Below are positions 14,749-22,926 of a DNA stretch of 43,891 nucleotides, one piece after another. The DNA lies in the IMG/VR virus record IMGVR_UViG_3300037565_000037; one strand, given 5' to 3'. The notes under the pieces were generated by a model. It did no database searches. It had not been told where the DNA came from and saw only the letters and a list, made by a program, of their open reading frames with translations. Position 1 is the first letter of the stretch. Every line of letters begins with the position of its first letter. This DNA is from a virus. A program made the translations under genes and the position numbers.

Positions 14749-15163
14749 GGATAACCCTGTCGTCATGGTCGAGAAGAAAGGCGGCAGTCTATCGCCGCTC
14801 TCTCCCATTGATGCCGAGATTCTGGACAGTTTCGAACAGGGCGCAATGTTCCGTCTTGAGTATGCGTCCCGCAGGTCGAACCCGCAAAACTCGCTCTATT
14901 GGGTGATGCTGCAACGGATCGTTGACGCGACAGGCAGATGGCCATCCAGCGAAGCACTGCATAAGCAGCTTCTCATTGAATGCGGCCACTATACGCCAGT
15001 CCTTTCTCTGGATGGAAAGCGTGCGCGACTTGAGGCTGATAGCGCCTCTTTCAAAGCCATGCGCCCGAAAGAGTTCAAAGCCTACATGGATATGGCAATC
15101 GACAAGCTTGCGGAGCACACGGGCATTGATCCGCTGGAGTTTTACAGGGAGCTAGCCGCTTGA
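14735..15163 (+). CDS. NinB/DUF1367-like recombination-associated protein
   Basis: RRSNPQNSLYWVMLQRIV pattern and size (~140 aa), next to the annealing protein. Confidence 0.45.
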   Translation: MLMAKDNPVVMVEKKGGSLSPLSPIDAEILDSFEQGAMFRLEYASRRSNPQNSLYWVMLQRIVDATGRWPSSEALHKQLLIECGHYTPVLSLDGKRARLEADSASFKAMRPKEFKAYMDMAIDKLAEHTGIDPLEFYRELAA

Positions 15164-15579
15164 TGCGCCCCCCGGCACCAGCACCGCCAAAAGGATACAG
15201 GCCCCACGTCCCTCTCAAGGTGAAGCTAGAGGCAATCCTTATTCATGGCCCGGTGTTGGATGAAGACGGGAACAGGATCTGCAAGGTTGAGGAACTAGAC
15301 TTCGATCACCAGCCGCCCCTCATGCTCAGGGTCTGGAACCCAGATGCAAACGATACAGAACCCCCCGCGAATGACCCTCAGTATCTAGTGCCAATGGCAA
15401 GGGTAGCGCATCGGAAGAAGACGGCAAAGAAGGACGTGCCAGAGATAGCCAAGACGAAACGTTTGGCTGCTGACCACGAAGATTTCCGCCGCAAGATCCT
15501 GTCCAGGGAATGCGGGGAGAAGCGCAAGCCGAGCGGGCGAATAAAAAGCCGTGGTTTTACCAAGAGAAAATCAGTCTAA
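15160..15579 (+). CDS. Putative HNH/His-Me finger nuclease
   Basis: LDFDHQPPL...N...VAHRKKT pattern; basic C-terminal tail. Confidence 0.4.
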   Translation: MMRPPAPAPPKGYRPHVPLKVKLEAILIHGPVLDEDGNRICKVEELDFDHQPPLMLRVWNPDANDTEPPANDPQYLVPMARVAHRKKTAKKDVPEIAKTKRLAADHEDFRRKILSRECGEKRKPSGRIKSRGFTKRKSV

Positions 15580-15633
15580 ATCACTGATTTAGTTCAAATA
15601 ATACCAGTTTTGTGGTAGAATGGAAATCATTAA

Positions 15634-15954
15634 ATGGAGCGGGAAATGACCGGGTCTTACGCCCTATGCATACGACCGACAGTCGAGAGTGTTCTAGCCA
15701 GATGGCGCTGCCAATATGCAGACGCTGTCTGGGATGGAACAAGCAAGCGAGAAACTGAAGGGAGGCTCATGCGGCTTCCCGCAGATGCTGGCCGCGAGTT
15801 AATTGACGCAGCCATTGGCAACACCTCTTGGACGGAACTGCGTTGCGACGTTTGCGAGGAAGACCATGGAGAACTTGTCGAGTTCGAGAGTGGTGAACGC
15901 TGCGTTGGCATTTGCAAGAATTGCGCCGGTAAAGCTCTGGCGCTCTTCAGCTAA
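15634..15954 (+). CDS. Hypothetical CxxC protein (106 aa; alternative start 15646)
   Basis: ORF track; CDVCEE...CKNC. Confidence 0.5.
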   Translation: MEREMTGSYALCIRPTVESVLARWRCQYADAVWDGTSKRETEGRLMRLPADAGRELIDAAIGNTSWTELRCDVCEEDHGELVEFESGERCVGICKNCAGKALALFS

Positions 15955-15988
15955 GACACAAGTCAACTAAGGCACTCGTGAAGAGAAT

Positions 15989-16183
15989 ATGAGGGAAGCG
16001 GATATGCTTTGCAGCGAGCTTGAAAAACGTTTGAAGGATTTGCGCGAGGAATGGGGCGACCTTCCTGTGTCGGCAGATGTCCTTTCCGAGGAAGTTCTAA
16101 CCGTCACGGCCCTGGATCAAGACGGGTGCGCAATGGGATTCCGCAGCGATCCGAAGACAGTCAAAGAATTCTTTATCGAGTAG
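15989..16183 (+). CDS. Hypothetical protein (64 aa)
   Basis: ORF track. Confidence 0.45.
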   Translation: MREADMLCSELEKRLKDLREEWGDLPVSADVLSEEVLTVTALDQDGCAMGFRSDPKTVKEFFIE

Positions 16184-16205
16184 CCCCTACCCCACAAGAA
16201 CAAGG

Positions 16206-16502
16206 ATGTCGAGTATGAAACTTGATCCGAAGGCCCTAGAGGCTGCTGCAAAGGCGATATGCGCATCCTCCTGCCAGTCGTGGAGAGAGCCGCCATACAA
16301 CTCTCTGCACACGGACAGTCTGAACAATATCTGGAGAAGTAACGCCAAAGCCGCAATATCCGCCTACTGCGAGAAGGCAGGCGTTGTCATGGTTCCTGTC
16401 TCCTTGCTCGATGAAATGACCGCAGACAAGCAGTGGAATATCCGGCCAGAAATGCACCGTGAGATCCGCGAAATGATCCGCGCCAGTCAGGAGGAAGAGT
16501 GA
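16206..16502 (+). CDS. Hypothetical protein (98 aa)
   Basis: ORF track. Confidence 0.55.
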   Translation: MSSMKLDPKALEAAAKAICASSCQSWREPPYNSLHTDSLNNIWRSNAKAAISAYCEKAGVVMVPVSLLDEMTADKQWNIRPEMHREIREMIRASQEEE

Positions 16503-16503
16503 G

Positions 16504-16935
16504 ATGGAAGACCTAATTCAGAAATTGGAAACATATGACTTCCAATGCGAAGCTGGTCCGCTCGAGAAATGTCAGGACTGGATCAATCTCAAGGAACTCC
16601 TGCTCAAAACAAAAGAAGTGTACGCCGTAATATCTAATACGGATCTAACGGAGGGCCGAGGACAACAACATATTGTTGCCTTTTGCGAGAAGAAAGCGAC
16701 GGCTATTCGCCTTGGTAAGGGCGGATACGTCCAAGGATGTGACTGCCCTGTTGAGCAAATCACTCTTTTCTGGCGTGCCAATAAGTGGTTTGGACCTGTC
16801 GTAGTTGTTCGACCAACAGCCGAAGACGAAAAGAAGCAACGCAACATAGACGCTAGAAGCGAGGCGTTGAATAAAGCCCGCGCCATGGGGCTTTCGGAGA
16901 ATGAAATCAACCTCATTAGCGGTGTTCCATCATGA
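16504..16935 (+). CDS. Hypothetical protein (143 aa)
   Basis: ORF track; starts 1 nt after the upstream stop. Confidence 0.6.
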   Translation: MEDLIQKLETYDFQCEAGPLEKCQDWINLKELLLKTKEVYAVISNTDLTEGRGQQHIVAFCEKKATAIRLGKGGYVQGCDCPVEQITLFWRANKWFGPVVVVRPTAEDEKKQRNIDARSEALNKARAMGLSENEINLISGVPS

Positions 16936-17168
16936 CCGCAGTCAAGACATCTTTCAAAACAGACGCTCAAGTATTCCACCTTGCAGATAACGGCTTGCCA
17001 GTAACCTCTGCTGATGTACGGCGGCTTATGGCTGAGAAGACCCGACTGCGGGCTGCTCTGGAAGACGTGATCCGCGCCAATGACGAGTACATGTCGGATT
17101 GCCCGATGAACGAACCGGACCCGGTAACTGAAGCTTGCCGACGCGCCCGTGCTGTACTCGGAGATTAG
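16932..17168 (+). CDS. Hypothetical protein (78 aa)
   Basis: ORF track; ATGA coupling. Confidence 0.55.
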   Translation: MTAVKTSFKTDAQVFHLADNGLPVTSADVRRLMAEKTRLRAALEDVIRANDEYMSDCPMNEPDPVTEACRRARAVLGD

Positions 17169-17171
17169 CAT

Positions 17172-17453
17172 ATGTGGCAATTACTTCTGAACCTATTTCA
17201 AAACCCGCTGAGAATACATCGCGGTGTTGCCATAGAGCCGAACCCGAGATGGAGGCTGAAGCCAGACGAGCGCGGAACATACTCCCTGGAAGAATACTCG
17301 CCGGTGACAGGAATCTATTGGTGCAGGAGCGTGAATGTGCGTGACGAAGCCCATGCCGATGAGCTTATCGCCAACCTAGAACGGCAAACAGTCTACCGGG
17401 GCGACACGATCCCCGCCGCCCTCCGCTCTGAACAAGGAGAGAGTGATGAGTGA
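17172..17453 (+). CDS. Hypothetical protein (93 aa)
   Basis: ORF track. Confidence 0.55.
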   Translation: MWQLLLNLFQNPLRIHRGVAIEPNPRWRLKPDERGTYSLEEYSPVTGIYWCRSVNVRDEAHADELIANLERQTVYRGDTIPAALRSEQGESDE

Positions 17454-17775
17454 ACCGAAATTCACGCCGGGTCCTTGGATCGTTGAGGGTTTCGATGAAC
17501 ATCTTGGCTACGATTGCATGACCGCTGGAGTCCGTATCGGTCCAGTTGTGCTTGATGGTGAAGATTATGGGCAGGTTCGCTGTAAAGAAATGAGTGCTGA
17601 AGCCAAGGAGAGAATGATGGCAGATGCGCACATGATCTCTGCGGTTACAGAAATGTATGCGGCTCTGAATGAACTGGTATCGACAATCATCATCGATGAT
17701 GAAGAGGGTCTGGCTACGTTCCTTGATCCTATACAGAGAGCGCAGGCAGCTTTGGCAAAGGCGCGGGGTGAATAG
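17443..17775 (+). CDS. Hypothetical protein (110 aa)
   Basis: ORF track. Confidence 0.55.
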   Translation: MMSEPKFTPGPWIVEGFDEHLGYDCMTAGVRIGPVVLDGEDYGQVRCKEMSAEAKERMMADAHMISAVTEMYAALNELVSTIIIDDEEGLATFLDPIQRAQAALAKARGE

Positions 17776-17777
17776 AG

Positions 17778-18209
17778 ATGAGTGAGTACGACGATCTTAT
17801 TGAACGTCTTGGCGATACTGTTCCAGCGACCGTCGAACAACACATGGAAAGTCCATGGGCGGAAATTCTTGAAGCAGCCGACGCCATCCAAGCTATGCAG
17901 GCGCGAATAGAATTTCTGGAAGATGAGCGCAATGCGGCCATTGGGTATCTGGTTAGGAATGTCCTTGAGCCGAACAACGCTTCACCTCTGGACTCCATAA
18001 ATAGCATATGCACACAGGTTGATCACATTTGCCACACAGCCAGGAACTCAGCTTTAGAGGAAGCTGCCAAGAGGATGGATAACAACGCCTCTATGCTCAA
18101 TGACGCCGCAGATAAATTGCTCGATCCCGAAGCAGCAACCAGCCTTAACGCCAGAGCAAATTATTACAAAGACGCTGCTCTTGTCATCCGTTCTCTGAAA
18201 GGAGAGTAA
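17778..18209 (+). CDS. Hypothetical protein (143 aa)
   Basis: ORF track. Confidence 0.55.
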   Translation: MSEYDDLIERLGDTVPATVEQHMESPWAEILEAADAIQAMQARIEFLEDERNAAIGYLVRNVLEPNNASPLDSINSICTQVDHICHTARNSALEEAAKRMDNNASMLNDAADKLLDPEAATSLNARANYYKDAALVIRSLKGE

Positions 18210-18210
18210 C

Positions 18211-18456
18211 GTGAACTACACTCCTGATCAGCTCGCCGCCAGATGGGGCGTAACTTCAAACGCCATCAGATCTATGTGCAACCGCAATGAGCTTGACCAC
18301 TTCCGTGTTGGTCGCTTGTATCGTATCCCTGCTTCAGCAGTGGAGGCGAAAGAGTGCGGTACAGGCTTGTCAAATACCGAGGTAACTACGCCGTCGCCTG
18401 GACGGAGGGCGGGGCAACAGTTCGACGATCACTTAGAACAGATAACCGGGATGTAG
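18211..18456 (+). CDS. xis: Excisionase-like HTH protein
   Basis: QLAARWGVTSNAIRSMCNRNELDHFRVGRLYRIPASAV matches the excisionase/MerR-type HTH; directly upstream of int; the 3' end overlaps the int start by 103 nt. Confidence 0.6.
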   Translation: MNYTPDQLAARWGVTSNAIRSMCNRNELDHFRVGRLYRIPASAVEAKECGTGLSNTEVTTPSPGRRAGQQFDDHLEQITGM

Positions 18457-19328
18457 CAGAACTCCGCTATAAACGCGCGTTGGCGGAGATGAATAAGCCG
18501 CCGTCAAAACTTGTGGCCGACATATGGGTCGCATGCGAAAAAGACAAGAAGGCTCAGGGAAAGACAATCGGCCAGAACATGCATTTCCATTGGAAGGCGA
18601 TAGGGCCTTTCTTCGGAAGGATGGAAGCCGAGGCAATCACCAAAGAGGATTGCCGAAAATACGCGGAGAAGCGCAGAGCCGAGGGCCGCGCGGAAAGCAC
18701 CATAGCCACCGAACTCAAACACCTTCGGCTCGCTCTCAACTGGGCCGCAAAGGGACAAGATCCGATCAAAGCGCCTTTCATTGAGGTGCCAGCGGATTCA
18801 GACCCGCGCAATCGCTATCTAACCAAAGCGGAGATGCGCAAGCTCATTGACAACGTGAAAAGCCCCCACATAGGCGTAGCAATGGAGTTGCTGCTGGCAA
18901 CCGCTGGCCGTGTCGGGGCTGTTTTGGAATTGACGTGGGACCGCGTGGATTTTGAGCGCGGTAAGATCCAGCTCAAGAAATCAGAAAAAGGCAAAGGCCG
19001 CGCCGTGGTGGCAATGTCAGACCGGATAAGATCCGTTCTGGAAAAAGCCCACCATGACCGCACATGCGAATATGTCGTTGAGTATGCCAGCGGTCCCGTC
19101 AAATCCATTCGCAAAGGTATAGCCAATGCAGCTGCACGGGCTGGTGTCGAGGACGTATCGCCTCATGTGTTTCGGCACACTGCCGCCGTCTGGATGGCGG
19201 AAGACGATCAAAGCATGGAAGAGATCGCACAGTTTCTAGGGCATCGTGACGTATCTGTGACCCGTCGAGTGTACGCCAGGTACAGCCCGGAGCACCTGAA
19301 GCGAGCGGCGAAGTCTCTAGAGTTCTGA
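18354..19328 (+). CDS. int: Tyrosine integrase
   Basis: C-terminal catalytic pattern ATAGRVGAVLELTW...HVFRHTAAVWM...LGHRDVSVTRRVYARY (R, H-x-x-R, H, Y); GTG start with GGAGG RBS. Confidence 0.9.
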   Translation: MRYRLVKYRGNYAVAWTEGGATVRRSLRTDNRDVAELRYKRALAEMNKPPSKLVADIWVACEKDKKAQGKTIGQNMHFHWKAIGPFFGRMEAEAITKEDCRKYAEKRRAEGRAESTIATELKHLRLALNWAAKGQDPIKAPFIEVPADSDPRNRYLTKAEMRKLIDNVKSPHIGVAMELLLATAGRVGAVLELTWDRVDFERGKIQLKKSEKGKGRAVVAMSDRIRSVLEKAHHDRTCEYVVEYASGPVKSIRKGIANAAARAGVEDVSPHVFRHTAAVWMAEDDQSMEEIAQFLGHRDVSVTRRVYARYSPEHLKRAAKSLEF

Positions 19329-19332
19329 ATCA

Positions 19333-19557
19333 AGTTAAGTGCGCCTTGGTGCGATTGAACCATGGCCTGTGGAAAAGAATATGTAAAACACGTAAAATAG
19401 TCGCCAGTTAAGTGCTCTCATGTGAAGGAATCAGTAACTTGAGGGCGGAACACATAACTGGGGGTGAAGGGGTCGTCGGTTCAAATCCGGCCTGCCCGAC
19501 CAACAATTTCAAAGACTTAGCTTCTTAAAATGAAGTGTTCCATGGTTCAAGTGAACC
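19333..19557 (+). other. attP region
   Basis: Direct repeats AGTTAAGTGC at 19333 and 19406. An 11-bp inverted repeat TTGAACCATGG (19355) / CCATGGTTCAA (19540) flanks a tRNA 3' fragment. Adjacent to int. Confidence 0.75.
19455..19502 (+). other. 3' portion of a tRNA gene (attP core homology), no 5' half present
   Basis: T arm GTCGG-TTCAAAT-CCGGC, acceptor 3' strand CTGCCCG, discriminator A, CCA; the complementary 5' strand CGGGCAG is absent upstream. Confidence 0.75.
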
Positions 19558-19641
19558 AAACACCCATAACCCCACCCCTACCAGAACAGCAAAAGCGAAG
19601 TACCATAGGGTCCAGTTGTAGCGGTTCACGGGGTGGCTCCC

Positions 19642-19899
19642 TTATTCCACGTCGATTAATTCAAGAGTTTCGATCTCGCCGAACGTCCCATCCTCAAGCG
19701 CGGGGATGGTTGCGGTTGAAACCCAATTGATCGGCGCAATCCAGTTGTCGCCGTTGTAACCGCACCCGATAGCAGCGAGAGACTGGCCACCAGACTTCCA
19801 GTGAACACGGTATAGACCTGGTTTCACGCGCTCGCGGATCTGCCTGCGTCCCTTGCATTGAATTGTCCATTCAGCTGCGTGCAGTTCAAGCTGTCCCAC
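19642..19899 (-). CDS. Hypothetical protein (85 aa)
   Basis: ORF track. Confidence 0.5.
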   Translation of the reverse strand: MGQLELHAAEWTIQCKGRRQIRERVKPGLYRVHWKSGGQSLAAIGCGYNGDNWIAPINWVSTATIPALEDGTFGEIETLELIDVE

Positions 19900-19918
19900 G
19901 GCTTCGGCTCCCTTCGAG

Positions 19919-20149
19919 TCACACTTCTTCGAGCGCGCGGAAGATCTCCACGGTCGGCTTGTCGAAATATTCCCGGCGCTTGTATCGGGTCACCGGATCT
20001 CCAGGACAATGCCAGTCGATGTCATTCGCGGGCATCGGCGAAAGGATGTCGCCGGACAGGTCAGCGATCACGATTTCATCAGGCTCCAGACCCGCAGGTC
20101 GGCCCTGATCGTTGTGCGCGATCCAGTCTGTCCATTTCCACTCGGTCAC
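19919..20149 (-). CDS. Hypothetical protein (76 aa)
   Basis: ORF track. Confidence 0.5.
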   Translation of the reverse strand: MTEWKWTDWIAHNDQGRPAGLEPDEIVIADLSGDILSPMPANDIDWHCPGDPVTRYKRREYFDKPTVEIFRALEEV

Positions 20150-20161
20150 GGCATCCGCTCC

Positions 20162-20341
20162 TCAGTTCTTCGGCATCTTTTCCGAAATGATTTCACCAGC
20201 ATCAGCCCGCGCTTGCGCTACCTGGAACTCCTCCCAGGCATCGTTCACACCCCAATCGGGCTTCTGATCAGGCTTGCTCTGCGCGGCAAAGAAACCGGAC
20301 TTGAACGCTACTTCTTCCGCGAGCTTCATGCTGTTTTTCAT
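20162..20341 (-). CDS. Hypothetical protein (59 aa)
   Basis: Start moved to ATG 20341 (AGGAG RBS), which removes the overlap with the recombinase gene. Confidence 0.45.
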   Translation of the reverse strand: MKNSMKLAEEVAFKSGFFAAQSKPDQKPDWGVNDAWEEFQVAQARADAGEIISEKMPKN

Positions 20342-20352
20342 CGTCTCGGCTC

Positions 20353-21030
20353 CTACTCTTTCTCGTCTTTTGCGGCCAATTTCAGAAGAGCCGCCTTGCG
20401 TTCCGGTTCGAAATGCCTGCGCAGTGTTGCGACGGCATAACCGTATTTGTCCTTCAGCTTTCGCCATGACATCGCCGGGTCGCAGACATCCTTGCGCAGG
20501 GCCTTGAGCTGTGCCGGGTCTTCCTTTTCCAGTCGCTCGATCAGCGTGTCAGGCCCTGGGGACCAACCACGTTTCCGGGCCGCGTCCATTCCGGCCTTGG
20601 TGCGCTCTGAAGTCAGATCCCGTTCAAGCTGCGCCAATGACGCCAGCAGGTGAAACATGAAGTTTCCCATAGCGCTGCGCGTGTCGATCTGGTCACGCAG
20701 GCTGACGAAATTCACCTTTTCCCGCTTCAGCATATCCATGAAGCTGATCAGCTCGCCGACATCCCGGCCCAGGCGGTCCAGCTTCCAGACCACCAGCGTG
20801 TCACCTGGCGAAAGATGCTTCTTCAGGATTTCAAGCTGCTTGCGTTTAACCCCGTAGGCTGACCGTTTTTCACTGAAGATGTACTCGCAGCCGTGTTCCT
20901 TAAGAGCACGCATCTGCATGTCTAGGTTCTGGTCTTCAGTGCTGACGCGGGCATAGCCGTACACGCGGGTTTCAGTCTCCGTTTTGTCGTTGTTCTCAAT
21001 CACAGCGGCCCGTCTTTTTCGAATTTTCAA
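20353..21030 (-). CDS. Serine recombinase (resolvase/invertase family)
   Basis: YGYARVSTEDQNLDMQ...LVVWKLDRLGRD...SLAQLERDLTSERTKAG is the canonical resolvase N-terminal catalytic domain; the true start may be the internal GTG at 20964. Confidence 0.9.
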   Translation of the reverse strand: MKIRKRRAAVIENNDKTETETRVYGYARVSTEDQNLDMQMRALKEHGCEYIFSEKRSAYGVKRKQLEILKKHLSPGDTLVVWKLDRLGRDVGELISFMDMLKREKVNFVSLRDQIDTRSAMGNFMFHLLASLAQLERDLTSERTKAGMDAARKRGWSPGPDTLIERLEKEDPAQLKALRKDVCDPAMSWRKLKDKYGYAVATLRRHFEPERKAALLKLAAKDEKE

Positions 21031-21063
21031 AGAGTTTTTTCTTCTTAAATTGAATCACGAACC

Positions 21064-21093
21064 TTGTCTACTTTCTTAACATGTGGTAAACAA
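21064..21093. promoter_or_regulatory. res-like palindromic site upstream of the serine recombinase
   Basis: TTGTCTAC-14 bp-GTAAACAA (arms match 7/8) spanning 30 bp; flanked by 12-bp direct repeats AAATTGAATCAC (21047) and AAATTGAGTCAC (21106). Confidence 0.4.
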
Positions 21094-21305
21094 CAACTCA
21101 AGCACAAATTGAGTCACAAAAATCCCGTGCGAAACTGAGATGTTGAGAGCCTGGGCATAGAGAAACAGTCTGGGAAAGAGTTTCAGGAGTAGGCCATCTG
21201 AAGGGCGGTCTTCAGGCCCTAGGCGCGAGGGGAAATCGCGTCAGAGGCCACCCCGCCGCAGCCGGTGAAATCCCGGCACCTAATTCAAGAAGAAAGGCCC
21301 GGACG

Positions 21306-21530
21306 ATGGACTGGAAACCAATTGAAACAGCGCCGAAGGATCAGCGCATATGGGCTTGGGGCGACAATTGGCACTGGCGGAAAGGCCAAGTTGCCTACGC
21401 GCACAGCGATTATAACGGGCATAAGAATGTCATTTGCCGGAATGGTCTGGCTGGCCCCTCGTTCCGCATAGGTGATAAAGACGCGCCAACGCACTGGATG
21501 CCGCTTCCTGAACCACCTTCAAAACCGTAA
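21306..21530 (+). CDS. DUF551-like phage protein
   Basis: MDWKPIETAPKD...PTHWMPLPEPP matches the DUF551 pattern. Confidence 0.65.
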   Translation: MDWKPIETAPKDQRIWAWGDNWHWRKGQVAYAHSDYNGHKNVICRNGLAGPSFRIGDKDAPTHWMPLPEPPSKP

Positions 21531-21536
21531 CAAGAA

Positions 21537-21752
21537 ATGCTCGTTATGTCTGACCTGCACATAGGAAACCAGCACGGCGAAGCGCTTGCCGAAGGCAGAT
21601 TGGCAGATAGCAATCGGCTCGCTTGGGTGGGTTATAGCAAACTGCGTGGTTGGGTTGTCGCGACACGCGCTAACGAATGGTCACCTGGTCGGGCGGCCCA
21701 ACTGCGCGATGAAATCCAAGAATGTTTAAACGCTATCGAAAACCAGAAATAG
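21537..21752 (+). CDS. Hypothetical protein (71 aa)
   Basis: ORF track. Confidence 0.5.
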   Translation: MLVMSDLHIGNQHGEALAEGRLADSNRLAWVGYSKLRGWVVATRANEWSPGRAAQLRDEIQECLNAIENQK

Positions 21753-21765
21753 AGGCCCCAGAGCT

Positions 21766-22011
21766 ATGACCTGCCCGAACTGCGGAAGTCAGGAAGCCAT
21801 CAGCAAAGCCGAGGCATGGGACGCGGCATGCGCCATCCCGCCCAAGACTAAGGCTGAACTTGAGAGGCTTCGCTTAATCGCTGGGGCTGCCCGCGACCTT
21901 GTCAAGAACAGCCCTCATCCAGGGAACGAACAGGTTGTAGTTGTGACAGTGCCTGTAGATCTGCTTTCAGCGCTCCAACGCGCATGGGAAGCCGAACCAG
22001 CTAACTCGTGA
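21766..22011 (+). CDS. Hypothetical protein (81 aa)
   Basis: ORF track. Confidence 0.5.
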   Translation: MTCPNCGSQEAISKAEAWDAACAIPPKTKAELERLRLIAGAARDLVKNSPHPGNEQVVVVTVPVDLLSALQRAWEAEPANS

Positions 22012-22026
22012 CTCGAAAGGCCCGTC

Positions 22027-22200
22027 ATGTCCGATATCGACCTTGAAGAAGCGCCGACCACAACGCGGCGAGAGCTGCTTGACCAAGCCTACAAAGAGCT
22101 TGGTGCGGTGGTCTGGTACGGCCTGGATGGCATCAAAGACAACATCGACCGTGAGCATCTGAAGAAGGCGCATGACCTTCTGGCGCTCGCACTCAAATAG
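22027..22200 (+). CDS. Hypothetical protein (57 aa), not in ORF track
   Basis: Own translation MSDIDLEEAPTTTRRELLDQAYKELGAVVWYGLDGIKDNIDREHLKKAHDLLALALK; fills the gap between flanking ORFs. Confidence 0.45.
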   Translation: MSDIDLEEAPTTTRRELLDQAYKELGAVVWYGLDGIKDNIDREHLKKAHDLLALALK

Positions 22201-22209
22201 GAGACAGAA

Positions 22210-22410
22210 ATGAAATCTTGTAGTGGAACAGACCGAGCGAACAGCGCCGCAGACCCGGATTGGTGGGCACAGCTTGAGATCCAATTGCAGGCGGCATCCG
22301 ACACCATCGGCGAGATAAACGACCCGGATCTTCAAGAGGCTTTTGAAGCCTTTGACAGGCTGGTCGGGGACCGGCGCCGCGCGCAAAAAGCACTTGATGA
22401 AATCGACTGA
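22210..22410 (+). CDS. Hypothetical protein (66 aa)
   Basis: ORF track; GGAGACAGAA RBS. Confidence 0.5.
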   Translation: MKSCSGTDRANSAADPDWWAQLEIQLQAASDTIGEINDPDLQEAFEAFDRLVGDRRRAQKALDEID

Positions 22411-22428
22411 TCAGAAAGGCCCGGCAGC

Positions 22429-22746
22429 ATGGAAAAACTCAGAATTCAAGACATCGAGGGCGCGGCGCGGGCAGTCCGGCGCATCCAATCGATTGACGAA
22501 ACTATTGAACGGCTAGGCCGGAAAATCGAAGTCGACGCCCAACATCATGGTGAGGCGATCCGGAAGACTTTCGGACCGAATATCCTTACCCAGATCAAAG
22601 ATGAAGACCTCGGCAAGGTCACTTTCTGCGCCATCATCAACGCGCTTCTTTTGCTGCGTGAAGATGAAAAAGAAAACTACGGCGAGCTTGTCGAATTTCC
22701 CCCGCCTCCCTGCCCTAAGCAGGTTTGGCCCAACCCTGACTCTTGA
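22429..22746 (+). CDS. Hypothetical protein (105 aa)
   Basis: ORF track. Confidence 0.55.
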   Translation: MEKLRIQDIEGAARAVRRIQSIDETIERLGRKIEVDAQHHGEAIRKTFGPNILTQIKDEDLGKVTFCAIINALLLLREDEKENYGELVEFPPPPCPKQVWPNPDS

Positions 22747-22926
22747 GGCCCGGTCACTTCCGCCGGGCATGATCATTAAAATCAGCGCCCCACACTGCAA
22801 GAAACAAGTCTTTCAGTAGTGTGAGGGCTTCCCACCTTGTCAGGGTGTCTCGGAATGATCCGATTGTGATCTTGGTTTCTACGGTGCCTGATATACGTAC
22901 AGCGCGGACGATGCGTGAGGTCTTAG

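Noticed and set aside
13825-14808. 327-aa minus-strand ORF, plus other long antisense ORFs (6359..7117+, 11584..12024-, 16572..17180-, 41318..42229+, 42716..43495+, 39441..39977+)
   Set aside because: Each lies antisense to a gene with recognisable family motifs or tight operon coupling. Each has an Arg/Leu/Ser/Cys-rich low-complexity translation and no RBS context. They are judged shadow ORFs.
18354-18456. 103-nt xis/int overlap as a possible frameshift or fusion
   Set aside because: The int start has its own GGAGG RBS and a typical integrase N-terminus. The overlap is more simply two independently initiated ORFs, or a xis ORF that is shorter than drawn.
22748-22768. Hairpin GCCCGG-9 nt-CCGGGC after ORF 22429..22746 as an intrinsic terminator
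   Set aside because: The stem is only 6 bp and no U-tract follows on either strand. It may still help separate the convergent units, but it is not called.
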